IMG/VR virus record: IMGVR_UViG_3300037067_014608
Direction: 5' to 3' (one strand)
Source of the DNA: a virus
Lineage: Duplodnaviria; Caudoviricetes
Length of the DNA stretch: 64,000 nucleotides
Part shown: one piece after another, positions 1-8,161 of the stretch
Position numbering within the stretch: the stretch's first letter is position 1
How the letters are laid out: each line of letters starts with the position of its first letter
Program-made: the position numbers and the translations under genes
Notes under the pieces: generated by a model
What the model was told of the DNA's origin: nothing
Database searches by the model: none
Seen by the model: the letters and a program-made list of their open reading frames with translations, nothing else

Positions 1-37
1 AGGGGGTACGGGTAGGTACTAGGGAGGGGGTAGGGGG
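1..37 (+). other. G-run tract (potential G-quadruplex / terminal or packaging signal)
   Basis: AGGGGGTACGGGTAGGTACTAGGGAGGGGGTAGGGGG: five runs of 3 or more G in 37 nt. Confidence 0.4.
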
Positions 38-340
38 ATGTAATACATAGGTAATATTCGCATAATTACCCATTACGTGCAATAGGCGCTTACGCGCATG
101 TACGCGCAGATTACCCCCCACTTATTTTACTTTACTTATGTCCGTGCCGCAGTACCGGAACGTATTTTTTTGAGAGAGGTTCCCCGGGCGCTCGCCAATC
201 CGGGTGCGTAAAATTTTCCGCTGTTCTGGATCTCTGCGTAAATCGCTCTGATTATAGTTAACCTGTTTTAGTTAACTTAACTTACACATTTTGCGTACCG
301 TGTGCAGAGAGGCATGTAAAAAAGGGTGATTTTTTGTGAT

Positions 341-487
341 TTTTCAGAACCCGCGCGTGCGGGTTCGGAGATTTTTACTTTTTTCCATCCCTTAATTTTG
401 CTCATTTTTCAGAACCCGTGCGTGCGCGGGTTCGTAGATTTTTGGAAGTTCTAGTTTTCAGAACCCGCGTGCGCTCGGGTTCGTAGA
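341..487. repeat. Three direct repeats of palindromic TTTTCA-GAACCCG-N6-8-CGGGTTC-GKAGA
   Basis: Copies at 341-376, 406-443, 455-487; arms GAACCCG/CGGGTTC perfectly complementary. Confidence 0.9.
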
Positions 488-508
488 GAAGCGCGTTTTT
501 GGGAGGTT

Positions 509-862
509 TCACTTTTTGATGGATGCGAGTTCTTTTTTCGTGAATGGGCCGCAGTTCTTGAACTTTTCCCGTAGTTTCATGAGTTCTTGTATCGTGAGCC
601 TGTAGTCCACTTTTGCACCCACGGACTTATAATATTCACTCGCATTAAACAAACGGTCGTGCTGCGATTCCCACACCCACTTGTAAGGTTTATAACTCAA
701 TTCTACCCATGCATGATCTATCCGTTTTCCCGTTTTTCCCACTACGGTTCCGTGCACAATTTCCACTTTATCCATGTTAACTAACCGTTCATACGGTATG
801 GCTTTTGAGCCGCGTAACCCGAACAATAACGTGTCTGTATAGCACTTCCCCATAGCAGTCAT
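509..862 (-). CDS. Small transglutaminase/papain-like fold protein (putative)
   Basis: G-K-C-Y ... VHG ... HAWVE motif order typical of Cys-His-acid proteins in viruses. Confidence 0.5.
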   Translation of the reverse strand: MTAMGKCYTDTLLFGLRGSKAIPYERLVNMDKVEIVHGTVVGKTGKRIDHAWVELSYKPYKWVWESQHDRLFNASEYYKSVGAKVDYRLTIQELMKLREKFKNCGPFTKKELASIKK

Positions 863-874
863 TTTCGGTATTTC

Positions 875-1105
875 TCACGCATTCACTATATACCATCGGC
901 CTTTTTTGTTTTCGACTTTGACCATGTTTTTAAGGTGTCCGGAACGTTTATTTTTAGTTAAATAGACTCTCGTGAGTTTTCCTCCACGTAGAGGTACGTC
1001 CCTTGATTTCGGGTCATCTGTATAGACCACGACCATTATTGAGCCATAGTCTTCTTTCGGGAATAATTGGTCTTCTATTTCTTGTTTAAGGCTTTTTCTT
1101 GGCAT
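875..1105 (-). CDS. Small basic hypothetical protein
   Basis: Tight packing in minus-strand gene run. Confidence 0.7.
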   Translation of the reverse strand: MPRKSLKQEIEDQLFPKEDYGSIMVVVYTDDPKSRDVPLRGGKLTRVYLTKNKRSGHLKNMVKVENKKGRWYIVNA

Positions 1106-1121
1106 TTTTTACACACGCTCT

Positions 1122-1463
1122 CTATTCCTTTAAGCTCCATGCTTTCCCCGCTTTTTTGAGTTTTAGCATCTTTTGATAGGTCTCTTTTAACTCGGCTTCC
1201 CACTCTTCGTTTAAGTATTTAGCTGCGAGTCGGCGCAGTTCCAGATTTACCCTGATCGGGTTTTTCTTATAGTATTCCGTGTTTTTTAGTCCCCATTCCA
1301 CAACGTTTAACCACGCTTTTTTTGCAAGATTTGCATCGTATGTCCCGTTCACTTTTCTTCTTGTCAGATTTAGAATTGTAGGTCTAATCGCACGGTGATA
1401 CGTGGAAAAATCTGTGCTAATTGTTAACGAGATGTCGTTTGCTTCGTATTCTCTTTCTGTCAT
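1122..1463 (-). CDS. Phage-type hypothetical protein
   Basis: NL.R+..nGtYD...A.KAW pattern recalled from phage hypotheticals; AAGGGGG RBS. Confidence 0.7.
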   Translation of the reverse strand: MTEREYEANDISLTISTDFSTYHRAIRPTILNLTRRKVNGTYDANLAKKAWLNVVEWGLKNTEYYKKNPIRVNLELRRLAAKYLNEEWEAELKETYQKMLKLKKAGKAWSLKE

Positions 1464-1490
1464 TTTTCCCCCTTTTTACGATAGACCTAT

Positions 1491-1859
1491 TTATGCGGCC
1501 TTTGATACAATCCTCTTCCCGATCTTTAACCGTGCTGATGCCGAGACTGTTGATTTTGGTAATGTCACCCGAATTTCTTTTATCCTCCGGTGAAGTCCAA
1601 CATATCCTTGCTTGACCGTGTATAGCGGTTCGGAAAAATACCCTATAGCAACATATCCTTCTCGTTGCTTGGTAATCCCCATACCATATCGGATCTTTGG
1701 GATCTTGATCTCTTTACTGTGTTTTTTACCATTGAAGTCCTCATAGAGAACTTCTGCGGTTTCCAGTTCCTGTTTTATTTTCATTCCCCCCCATTTTATG
1801 TTTTTATCCATTTCCCGTTCTTCTTGATCCATTCTTGCCCACATGATGGGCAAAACCAC
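1491..1859 (-). CDS. Basic hypothetical protein
   Basis: 122-aa ORF in co-oriented run; start uncertain. Confidence 0.65.
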   Translation of the reverse strand: MVLPIMWARMDQEEREMDKNIKWGGMKIKQELETAEVLYEDFNGKKHSKEIKIPKIRYGMGITKQREGYVAIGYFSEPLYTVKQGYVGLHRRIKEIRVTLPKSTVSASARLKIGKRIVSKAA

Positions 1860-1929
1860 TTTTTACCCATTTTCCTCATTGGGACTTTCTCCCATTCCCT
1901 ATCTCCGGAACAGTGTGGACAGTTCGCCA

Positions 1930-2214
1930 TTATGGACTCCTATCATTTACGCGAGTTATATACAGTACATATGCATTTTTATAATTTTTTAACGGTTCCC
2001 AGTTTGCTTTAGGGACGCTCTCTATTTTCACAATTACGGTATCGTGTACCCCATTATCCAAGTATTTCCGTTCTTCGTCTTTTATTAAACGATATATCCT
2101 CGAAACGTTTACCCTATCCCATTCTTTGCCCTCGTGTACGAGCGTCGCCGGAGGCCACCCCTTGTACTTTTTCGGCAATAAAATCATTTTGTGAGATTTT
2201 GTTTTTACTGACAT
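1930..2214 (-). CDS. Basic hypothetical protein
   Basis: GAGGTGA RBS upstream of ATG. Confidence 0.75.
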   Translation of the reverse strand: MSVKTKSHKMILLPKKYKGWPPATLVHEGKEWDRVNVSRIYRLIKDEERKYLDNGVHDTVIVKIESVPKANWEPLKNYKNAYVLYITRVNDRSP

Positions 2215-2233
2215 TTTTTGTCACCTCTTCCTC

Positions 2234-2272
2234 TTAATTACTTAATTAATTACTTTGTAATTAAGTAATTAA
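2234..2272. promoter_or_regulatory. Perfect 15-bp inverted repeat (operator/hairpin)
   Basis: TTAATTACTTAATTA-attactttg-TAATTAAGTAATTAA, intergenic, just upstream of the RBS of 1930-2214. Confidence 0.6.
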
Positions 2273-2325
2273 CGGTTTTTTTACCTCTGAACCAATAATA
2301 AAATTGTTGGGATTTTAATACCCCG

Positions 2326-2526
2326 TTACCTTTCTTTACTCTCGACAAGACCCTGTTTATTGATAAACACGAACCTGCCACTGCGTTCAACTCTCTCATT
2401 GTTAGCTCTGTACCTCTGACCGCCCGCATTGTGTTTCATTGGTGCCCCCCAAATGTATCCATCTTTTCCTATGAAATACAAATATCCCGGTTTTCTCTGT
2501 AACGGTACTCTTGTCAAGATTGCCAT
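2326..2526 (-). CDS. Cc1-like small chromatin/DNA-binding protein
   Basis: RKPGYLYFIGKDG.I...PM and second half-repeat FVFINKQG resemble the Cc1 signature (REPGYLYFIDKDG). Confidence 0.55.
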   Translation of the reverse strand: MAILTRVPLQRKPGYLYFIGKDGYIWGAPMKHNAGGQRYRANNERVERSGRFVFINKQGLVESKER

Positions 2527-2533
2527 GATTTAC

Positions 2534-2764
2534 TTACTCTCCTTTGGTTTTTAAGTCGTCTGACGACTTCATAGTTCTTTCTTCTGTACATATTAATAAA
2601 TGCATCGCCTTGGTTCGCGATAAACCTAATGGGATCGCTTGTTGATTTATATTACTCATTTCTTCTTTCTTTAGGAGTTTTATATTTGTTTCGTGATCTA
2701 TTGCATCCGTTGCACGGATATCCGGGTTTAGTGCCGACCCCATATCAAGCACTCGGTTCCTCAT
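2534..2764 (-). CDS. Hypothetical protein
   Basis: Fills the gap exactly between flanking genes. Confidence 0.5.
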   Translation of the reverse strand: MRNRVLDMGSALNPDIRATDAIDHETNIKLLKKEEMSNINQQAIPLGLSRTKAMHLLICTEERTMKSSDDLKTKGE

Positions 2765-2998
2765 TTATTTCACCTCAACAATATCTCCACCGCGAGATGA
2801 CGTTGGGACTAATTTTACCTTAATCTTATATTCTGCATATATATCTTTTTCAACTGCAATGGGGGAGAATGGATCGTCTGGATTACCTAAATACTTTGAT
2901 TTCTCGGGATACCATTTTCCCCCAACTCTTCTCATTCTCGGCATATTCACTGTAATATTTCCTTTAGCCCGCGACCATTTCCCGATAATTGTTGGCAT
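2765..2998 (-). CDS. Basic hypothetical protein
   Basis: GGGTG RBS; coupled to neighbours. Confidence 0.7.
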   Translation of the reverse strand: MPTIIGKWSRAKGNITVNMPRMRRVGGKWYPEKSKYLGNPDDPFSPIAVEKDIYAEYKIKVKLVPTSSRGGDIVEVK

Positions 2999-3015
2999 CT
3001 CTTACACCCACATTA

Positions 3016-3246
3016 TTACATATTTTTAATAATGTATTTTACAATTTCATCTCTTGATGCAGAATCCGCTATGCCTTCTTTCTGGTATTTTTTAGCAACA
3101 CGTTTGTGTTCTGCCAAGAATTTATCACAAACAATTTTCATCTCCATCGTGGCTTGTTTTGATCGTGGCATCCCTTCATATACACTGAATATATCCCATG
3201 ATTCGCGTTTCTTAAATGGAATTGCCCGTGATTTTTGTGTTGTCAT
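3016..3246 (-). CDS. Hypothetical protein (start revised to MTTQK)
   Basis: ATGA overlap with upstream stop at 3243. Confidence 0.7.
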   Translation of the reverse strand: MTTQKSRAIPFKKRESWDIFSVYEGMPRSKQATMEMKIVCDKFLAEHKRVAKKYQKEGIADSASRDEIVKYIIKNM

Positions 3247-3491
3247 TCCTTTCTTCTCCCTCTTTTTCTTGCAGATCTTGTACCGCGACGGTATGATTTC
3301 GAACTCCATACCACATATTGCGTTACATTGTCTTTTTTCTGTTCGGTAATATGCCCGAAGTGTTCGCTATCCTCTAACTGTTTTTTTCGGAATTCAGCTT
3401 CCGCTTCTCTACCCCAAACAGAATCTTCGTAATATAATATTTTATTAAAGTACCTGTGAGTTTTCCCATCAGAATACCTAATTAATACCAT
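3243..3491 (-). CDS. SPOR-like small basic protein
   Basis: ..EAE.....L...G......YVVW pattern; Arg/Lys tail. Confidence 0.65.
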   Translation of the reverse strand: MVLIRYSDGKTHRYFNKILYYEDSVWGREAEAEFRKKQLEDSEHFGHITEQKKDNVTQYVVWSSKSYRRGTRSARKRGRRKE

Positions 3492-3772
3492 TATTTCCTC
3501 GCCTTGAATTTTGGCGTGTATGTTTTTACTTTTGGTGCGTCTAACCCTTTGAGTGACTTTATCAATGTATCACCAACACCGCGTTTTACACCCTTTACTT
3601 TTTTAAGGTCAGATACGAGTTTGTCCCCAACTTCCGTCTTTCTCTCCCGTATCTCTTCAATGCTCTCTCCAAGTGCGGATTCTTCAAAATCTTCACTTGG
3701 TTTTAATCCTTTAACTCCTGCCTTTGGAGAACGCTTTTTTGCGTCTTTCAATACGTCCATGAACCCTGTCAT
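3491..3772 (-). CDS. Lys-rich hypothetical protein
   Basis: GGAGGAAAATAAATG start context. Confidence 0.75.
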   Translation of the reverse strand: MTGFMDVLKDAKKRSPKAGVKGLKPSEDFEESALGESIEEIRERKTEVGDKLVSDLKKVKGVKRGVGDTLIKSLKGLDAPKVKTYTPKFKARK

Positions 3773-3787
3773 TTATTTTCCTCCTTT

Positions 3788-4087
3788 TTACCCCGAATAA
3801 GGTACTCTAATCATTAATCTCTTAATTTCAATCGGATAATCGTTTTCTTCGTGGATTATATATTCTTGCCCACTCTTCTTAACTCCTGCTACCACACGAT
3901 CAAATGCTTCTTTCGAGAGAGATCCTTTCTGTACATACGATTTATTGGCGGGCGTTATTTTTTCTGCATACATGTAGTCACCGGTGTTAGCAAATATCTT
4001 ATTACCGCGCTTTACTGCAAATACACCGTTAAAGGTGTGATTTTTTGCATCCCATCCCATCGTTGGTTGAATTTTTTTTGTTACCAT
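3788..4087 (-). CDS. Hypothetical protein
   Basis: GGAGGAAAATAAATG start context. Confidence 0.75.
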   Translation of the reverse strand: MVTKKIQPTMGWDAKNHTFNGVFAVKRGNKIFANTGDYMYAEKITPANKSYVQKGSLSKEAFDRVVAGVKKSGQEYIIHEENDYPIEIKRLMIRVPYSG

Positions 4088-4207
4088 TTATTTTCCTCCT
4101 TTTTTCTTATTAAGGTATGTTTTAGTGTCCTCTTCTATTTTTTTCCATTTTGGTTCATCTATCTTCATCTGTCTTCGGATTCTCGTTCCTCTAATAATCC
4201 CTGTCAT
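4088..4207 (-). CDS. 39-aa basic peptide (not in ORF track)
   Basis: MTGIIRGTRIRRQMKIDEPKWKKIEEDTKTYLNKKKGGK*, strong RBS, abuts both neighbours. Confidence 0.65.
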   Translation of the reverse strand: MTGIIRGTRIRRQMKIDEPKWKKIEEDTKTYLNKKKGGK

Positions 4208-4402
4208 TTATTTTCCTCCTCTTTTTTTAGTAGTTTTTTTGCTTTCCTTTTTTCGTTTCTCGTTCAAATCGTGTAATACTTGCCCAAGCGATTTTCCTTT
4301 TAATGTTGGATGACAGTTTATACACGAATCAAATTCTTTTTTGTTTGTATATAATACATCAACCAGTTTTCCACATGTCGGACATTTCTGTTTCGTTATC
4401 AT
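4208..4402 (-). CDS. Zn-ribbon protein
   Basis: CPTC...CINC; Lys-rich tail. Confidence 0.7.
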   Translation of the reverse strand: MITKQKCPTCGKLVDVLYTNKKEFDSCINCHPTLKGKSLGQVLHDLNEKRKKESKKTTKKRGGK

Positions 4403-4752
4403 GATTTTTTCCTCTTACGAGACTTCTTTTTTGTCAAAGATGTCATTACCGGCTCCCATTTCCCCGGATGGTTTTTTACCATATTCCCCGGGACTGTCAT
4501 AACACCCCAATCAATCCCTTGTTTCTGGCGTTTCAGGTGTTTTAACATAACGTTCTTGTATTCTCTGAATCTTGGATCGATAACTACTTCTTGAATGTAG
4601 AGCCGTCGGTTCCTTATTAAATACGTAATTATGCCGTAAGTTTCATCTGAGTTCGGATTGCCTAATTTAATATATCCTTCGGTTTTATCTCGACGTACAT
4701 CAGTAACTTCATCTACTATTGCAAGATTGCTGTTAATGACAAACATCGACAT
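4399..4752 (-). CDS. Hypothetical protein
   Basis: ATGA coupling to next gene. Confidence 0.7.
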   Translation of the reverse strand: MSMFVINSNLAIVDEVTDVRRDKTEGYIKLGNPNSDETYGIITYLIRNRRLYIQEVVIDPRFREYKNVMLKHLKRQKQGIDWGVMTVPGNMVKNHPGKWEPVMTSLTKKKSRKRKKS

Positions 4753-4756
4753 TTTT

Positions 4757-4966
4757 TTATACCTTCTTTTTCTTGTTTATCTTGATATTTTTTTGTAAGT
4801 GAGTGTCTAGACTGCCGAACAGAGGTTTAACGTTTTTTGCCTCTACCCTACCCTGTTCGATTATCCCAACAAACCCACCATCAAGATCTAATTTGAGGTC
4901 ACCTTCAGGAAAGAACCTATCTAAAAAGTCTCCTGCCTTTTCTTCATTGTTTTTTTTAGTTACCAT
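4757..4966 (-). CDS. Hypothetical protein (start revised to MVTKK)
   Basis: GGGTG RBS upstream of ATG 4966. Confidence 0.65.
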   Translation of the reverse strand: MVTKKNNEEKAGDFLDRFFPEGDLKLDLDGGFVGIIEQGRVEAKNVKPLFGSLDTHLQKNIKINKKKKV

Positions 4967-5307
4967 CCAGACACCCAATCATATGCTTTCATACTACCAT
5001 TTGGATTGAACCAAATCGCGAACATCGGTTTTTTGTTTCTTCTTATACTAGTTACTCTAGCAAGTCCACCCAACTTACGGATCTTGTTTGCGTTTGATTC
5101 TGCGGATTCTGGAGATGTTGATGCGACACCTAGTCGGACATATTCCACATTTCCGAAGACCCTTGCTGGGGCATCTGAATCTGTTGATCTTTGCAAATCC
5201 GAATCTACAAAATTATCCCTCTGGATTGCCCAATTTATATACTCTTTTGTGTAATATCCTCGTGCATCAACATATTTCTCAAATGGTGCTGCTTTTATTT
5301 TTGCCAT
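4960..5307 (-). CDS. SPOR-like small protein
   Basis: ESAESNANKIRKLGGLARV...FAIW. Confidence 0.65.
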   Translation of the reverse strand: MAKIKAAPFEKYVDARGYYTKEYINWAIQRDNFVDSDLQRSTDSDAPARVFGNVEYVRLGVASTSPESAESNANKIRKLGGLARVTSIRRNKKPMFAIWFNPNGSMKAYDWVSGW

Positions 5308-5311
5308 ATAT

Positions 5312-5599
5312 TTACCTACTTTTTACTTCCCCTACGATTTTATCTTTTTTCGTGAGTATATATGTACTTCCCACAGATCGGGATGTGCGCATTAACAGGA
5401 ACGCTGGTTTCCATCCCATTGTAACCCCAACCGTCCCGCTAACCACCTTTCCTTCAATATACATATCAACTTTAATTCGCTTTCCATTTTCATAATAAGG
5501 AATGAAATCTTTAACTAAATCACTCGGATCAAATTTTGATCCATACTCTTGCTTTTTTCGTTTTAAAAAGTCACTAAAATCTCTTTTCATGTTTTCCAC
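5312..5599 (-). CDS. Phage-type hypothetical protein
   Basis: G.VG.TmGWKP.fLl.....S.G pattern recalled from phage proteins. Confidence 0.7.
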   Translation of the reverse strand: MENMKRDFSDFLKRKKQEYGSKFDPSDLVKDFIPYYENGKRIKVDMYIEGKVVSGTVGVTMGWKPAFLLMRTSRSVGSTYILTKKDKIVGEVKSR

Positions 5600-5622
5600 A
5601 ACTCCTCATTTGAATTTACAAT

Positions 5623-5877
5623 TTACTTTACATCCGATAATTTCTCGACCGTGATCTCTTTCCCATTTATCTTAACCCATACTGGATGAAAATTACCTAT
5701 TTGTTTGCCATCTCCGATTCTTAATATGATTTTGCCAGTATAATTATCTTTTATCCATACCGGAACCCTCGTATGATATCCCCCTTGATCGTAAAATAGC
5801 GAATCCCCCATACAGATATCATATTTCTCTCCATGATGCCAATGCGGATTTTTTGGAAACTTGTCTTTTATTACCAT
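5623..5877 (-). CDS. Hypothetical protein (start revised to MVIKDK)
   Basis: AAGGT RBS; avoids overlap with 5894-6112. Confidence 0.65.
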   Translation of the reverse strand: MVIKDKFPKNPHWHHGEKYDICMGDSLFYDQGGYHTRVPVWIKDNYTGKIILRIGDGKQIGNFHPVWVKINGKEITVEKLSDVK

Positions 5878-5893
5878 GTTATTTACCTTACTA

Positions 5894-6112
5894 TTAATCT
5901 CTCTTTCTACTCCATACTGCATATTTAGCAGGACTTGTTTTTGTTGCCGGGATTTTACTAGTTGTTGCTTCTGTTATTTTACCAGTTAATATATGTATCC
6001 TACCATTTAAGTCATTTGCCTTTTTTTCTGCTTCGTTTAACGTTGGATAATAATCATACAACGCATATATTTTATTTTTGATCTTCTTTGTGATAATTTC
6101 TTTTGCTGCCAT
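5894..6112 (-). CDS. SPOR-like small basic protein
   Basis: YPTLNEAEKKANDL...YAVWSRK; GAGGT RBS. Confidence 0.7.
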   Translation of the reverse strand: MAAKEIITKKIKNKIYALYDYYPTLNEAEKKANDLNGRIHILTGKITEATTSKIPATKTSPAKYAVWSRKRD

Positions 6113-6124
6113 TTTTACCTCGTG

Positions 6125-6397
6125 TTATTTCCTAATCTTTTTAAATGATCTACTTAACTTTTTTTGGGCTTTTTTAACGAAATCTGGATTTGCTTCATCA
6201 AGTTGTTTAAAGATCCAATCATCAAACTCTTCTTTAGTCATCGATTTAAAGTTTTTTTCAACCAATTCATTATATTGATCCTGTGTCATTTTTTTACCAA
6301 GAACAATATATTTTTTTGTCGATTCCGTTGTGGGTTTTTTATATGTTCCGATAAACTGTCCTTTGTTAAAGTTTTTTGTTGATTTTGTTGCTGCCAT
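6125..6397 (-). CDS. Lys-rich hypothetical protein
   Basis: Coupled gene in run. Confidence 0.7.
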   Translation of the reverse strand: MAATKSTKNFNKGQFIGTYKKPTTESTKKYIVLGKKMTQDQYNELVEKNFKSMTKEEFDDWIFKQLDEANPDFVKKAQKKLSRSFKKIRK

Positions 6398-6399
6398 CT

Positions 6400-6627
6400 T
6401 TAACGTCCTTTAAGATGTTTTTCTTTCCACATCTCAACGCGATCCAAAAACATCATCACATTCGGAAACTTCTCCGGGTGCTTATTTACAATAACCCGAA
6501 TCTCTTTTACAGCTTCCTTCATAACAGCACGGATCTCTTCTTTGTTTTTTATGATCTTCGCCAGTGCCGGATATTCCTTTGGATGGGCTTTCGCCTCATT
6601 CTTGATTAGTTTTAGTTTGTCAAACAT
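6400..6627 (-). CDS. Small helical basic protein
   Basis: GGAGGAAAATAAAATG start context. Confidence 0.75.
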   Translation of the reverse strand: MFDKLKLIKNEAKAHPKEYPALAKIIKNKEEIRAVMKEAVKEIRVIVNKHPEKFPNVMMFLDRVEMWKEKHLKGR

Positions 6628-6646
6628 TTTATTTTCCTCCTTTATT

Positions 6647-6814
6647 TTACGCTGGTTTATATGTTGAACTGTTGAACATATTACAACAGTCTTTTGCTTT
6701 TATCGTTCCATCTACGATTGCGCATTTCCCTTTACTGAAGTACATACATACACCGCAACTGAATCCCGTTGGGTTTGATCCATACCCTGCTTTGTGTTTA
6801 GATAATTTTCCCAT
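6647..6814 (-). CDS. HiPIP-like 4-Cys iron-sulfur protein, 55 aa (not in ORF track)
   Basis: MGKLSKHKAGYGSNPTGFSCGVCMYFSKGKCAIVDGTIKAKDCCNMF...: K.sK..A.Y...P....C..C..F....C..V.G.I.....C..F matches small HiPIP pattern. Confidence 0.65.
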   Translation of the reverse strand: MGKLSKHKAGYGSNPTGFSCGVCMYFSKGKCAIVDGTIKAKDCCNMFNSSTYKPA

Positions 6815-6816
6815 GA

Positions 6817-7065
6817 TTACCGCACCTTGTTAACTGCAAATATTACGTGTTTTAGTGAGGTATTCCCCACTTCTTTTGGCTCCCCATACCCGTGCGATGA
6901 TAATGCGCGTCTTACCCAATCTGCTAATCCACGGTTGCTGTATGTAAATATCCAATTAAATCGTTTTGCTTTGTCGCGTTGGTCTTCAGTTTTGAACTTA
7001 TACTCTTTTGTATTTATCAACTCTATTTTTCGTCCGGTTTTTTTGTCTGTTATAGTTCTTGACAT
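6817..7065 (-). CDS. Small basic protein (start revised to MSRTIT)
   Basis: AGGTG RBS; follows stop at 7068. Confidence 0.65.
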   Translation of the reverse strand: MSRTITDKKTGRKIELINTKEYKFKTEDQRDKAKRFNWIFTYSNRGLADWVRRALSSHGYGEPKEVGNTSLKHVIFAVNKVR

Positions 7066-7067
7066 AC

Positions 7068-7319
7068 TCACACACCTTTTTTTAGACCGAGCCATCTTTC
7101 CACAAAATCAATACACGCATCTTTTCTTCCCTCAAACAAAGTAATCGCATTCGTGGTTATCTTGAATACATACCAAGTTCCATAATCCGGATCGTTTTTT
7201 CGGCTTGATTGTAATACATACCGGGTGCGTTTGCCTTTTTCCTTATACTCGATAAAGGCTTTTCCCTCGGGGTTTTCTCCTTTGGTTACAGTAACTTCTT
7301 TTTGTTTTTGTGTTGTCAA
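7068..7319 (-). CDS. Hypothetical protein
   Basis: TTG start with GGGGG RBS. Confidence 0.65.
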   Translation of the reverse strand: MTTQKQKEVTVTKGENPEGKAFIEYKEKGKRTRYVLQSSRKNDPDYGTWYVFKITTNAITLFEGRKDACIDFVERWLGLKKGV

Positions 7320-7321
7320 AT

Positions 7322-7630
7322 TTATCCCCCGTGTGGTATTGCTTTTTCTTTTTTAATTGTGTAATCTATTTTTTTCGGGTAACTGGGATACCTGTCTAAT
7401 ATTGCAGGTATTCCTTCTTTTCCGGCTTTTTTTACTGCATCTTCTGTTTTGAAATATATAAATACATTAAATCCATTTTCTACAGCATATGATCCAACAA
7501 CATTCCCCTTATATTTTGTCGCCAAGTAATCCCCTATACTATCCAGATCTCGCATTCGCTTGAGACTTGTTTTTAGATCTTCGTGTTTTTTTACAAATAT
7601 CGTTAGTTTATATACATATTTTTCTGACAT
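7322..7630 (-). CDS. Hypothetical protein
   Basis: GAGGGT RBS. Confidence 0.7.
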   Translation of the reverse strand: MSEKYVYKLTIFVKKHEDLKTSLKRMRDLDSIGDYLATKYKGNVVGSYAVENGFNVFIYFKTEDAVKKAGKEGIPAILDRYPSYPKKIDYTIKKEKAIPHGG

Positions 7631-7661
7631 TTATGTTACCCTCTATTTTTGTTGATGTTTT

Positions 7662-7883
7662 TTATACAACAGCCATTTGGAAGTTATCTATCGTCTTCCA
7701 CTTGTTTCCATCGCGTTTAAGCATTTCTGCATAAATACCATTGCCTTTTTCTACCCGTTTTGATTTTAGTTTGTTAAAGTAAGTTTTTGTTTCTTCTAAT
7801 GTTTTGAAGCCTTTTCCGCCTTCTTTACCGTTGTCATATACATATGTAACTGCGTATTTTGAATCTGCATTGACTGATACCAT
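7662..7883 (-). CDS. Hypothetical protein
   Basis: TAATG overlap with upstream stop; GAGGTGG RBS. Confidence 0.65.
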   Translation of the reverse strand: MVSVNADSKYAVTYVYDNGKEGGKGFKTLEETKTYFNKLKSKRVEKGNGIYAEMLKRDGNKWKTIDNFQMAVV

Positions 7884-8161
7884 TATCTTTTCCACCTCTT
7901 ACGTTCTTCTGCTCGTTTCTGTTTACCTATCTTTGTAGCGTAACTTAATCGTTCGCTCTTTCCTTTTTTATGTCCACCCATTCCACTTGTGTCAACCGGG
8001 TAGATATGATAGATACCTTTCTTTTTACCTTGTATAATTATTGGGTTTTTATCAACCCACTCTTTGGCTTCCCTATATGACCCAAAATATTTGCGGTATG
8101 CTGCCGTACCTTCGAGAACGATATAGTGGGTTTTTCCCTGCGGGTGAACTTCTTCTGTCAT
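7883..8161 (-). CDS. Basic hypothetical protein
   Basis: GGTGAGG RBS. Confidence 0.75.
   Translation of the reverse strand: MTEEVHPQGKTHYIVLEGTAAYRKYFGSYREAKEWVDKNPIIIQGKKKGIYHIYPVDTSGMGGHKKGKSERLSYATKIGKQKRAEERKRWKR

Noticed and set aside
341-487. CRISPR array interpretation of the three palindromic repeats
   Set aside because: Only 3 units, variable repeat interiors, unequal short spacers (~29 and ~11 nt), no cas genes
4399-4752. GNAT acetyltransferase
   Set aside because: LYIQEVVIDPRFR resembles motif A but lacks the following G-x-G/A acetyl-CoA loop
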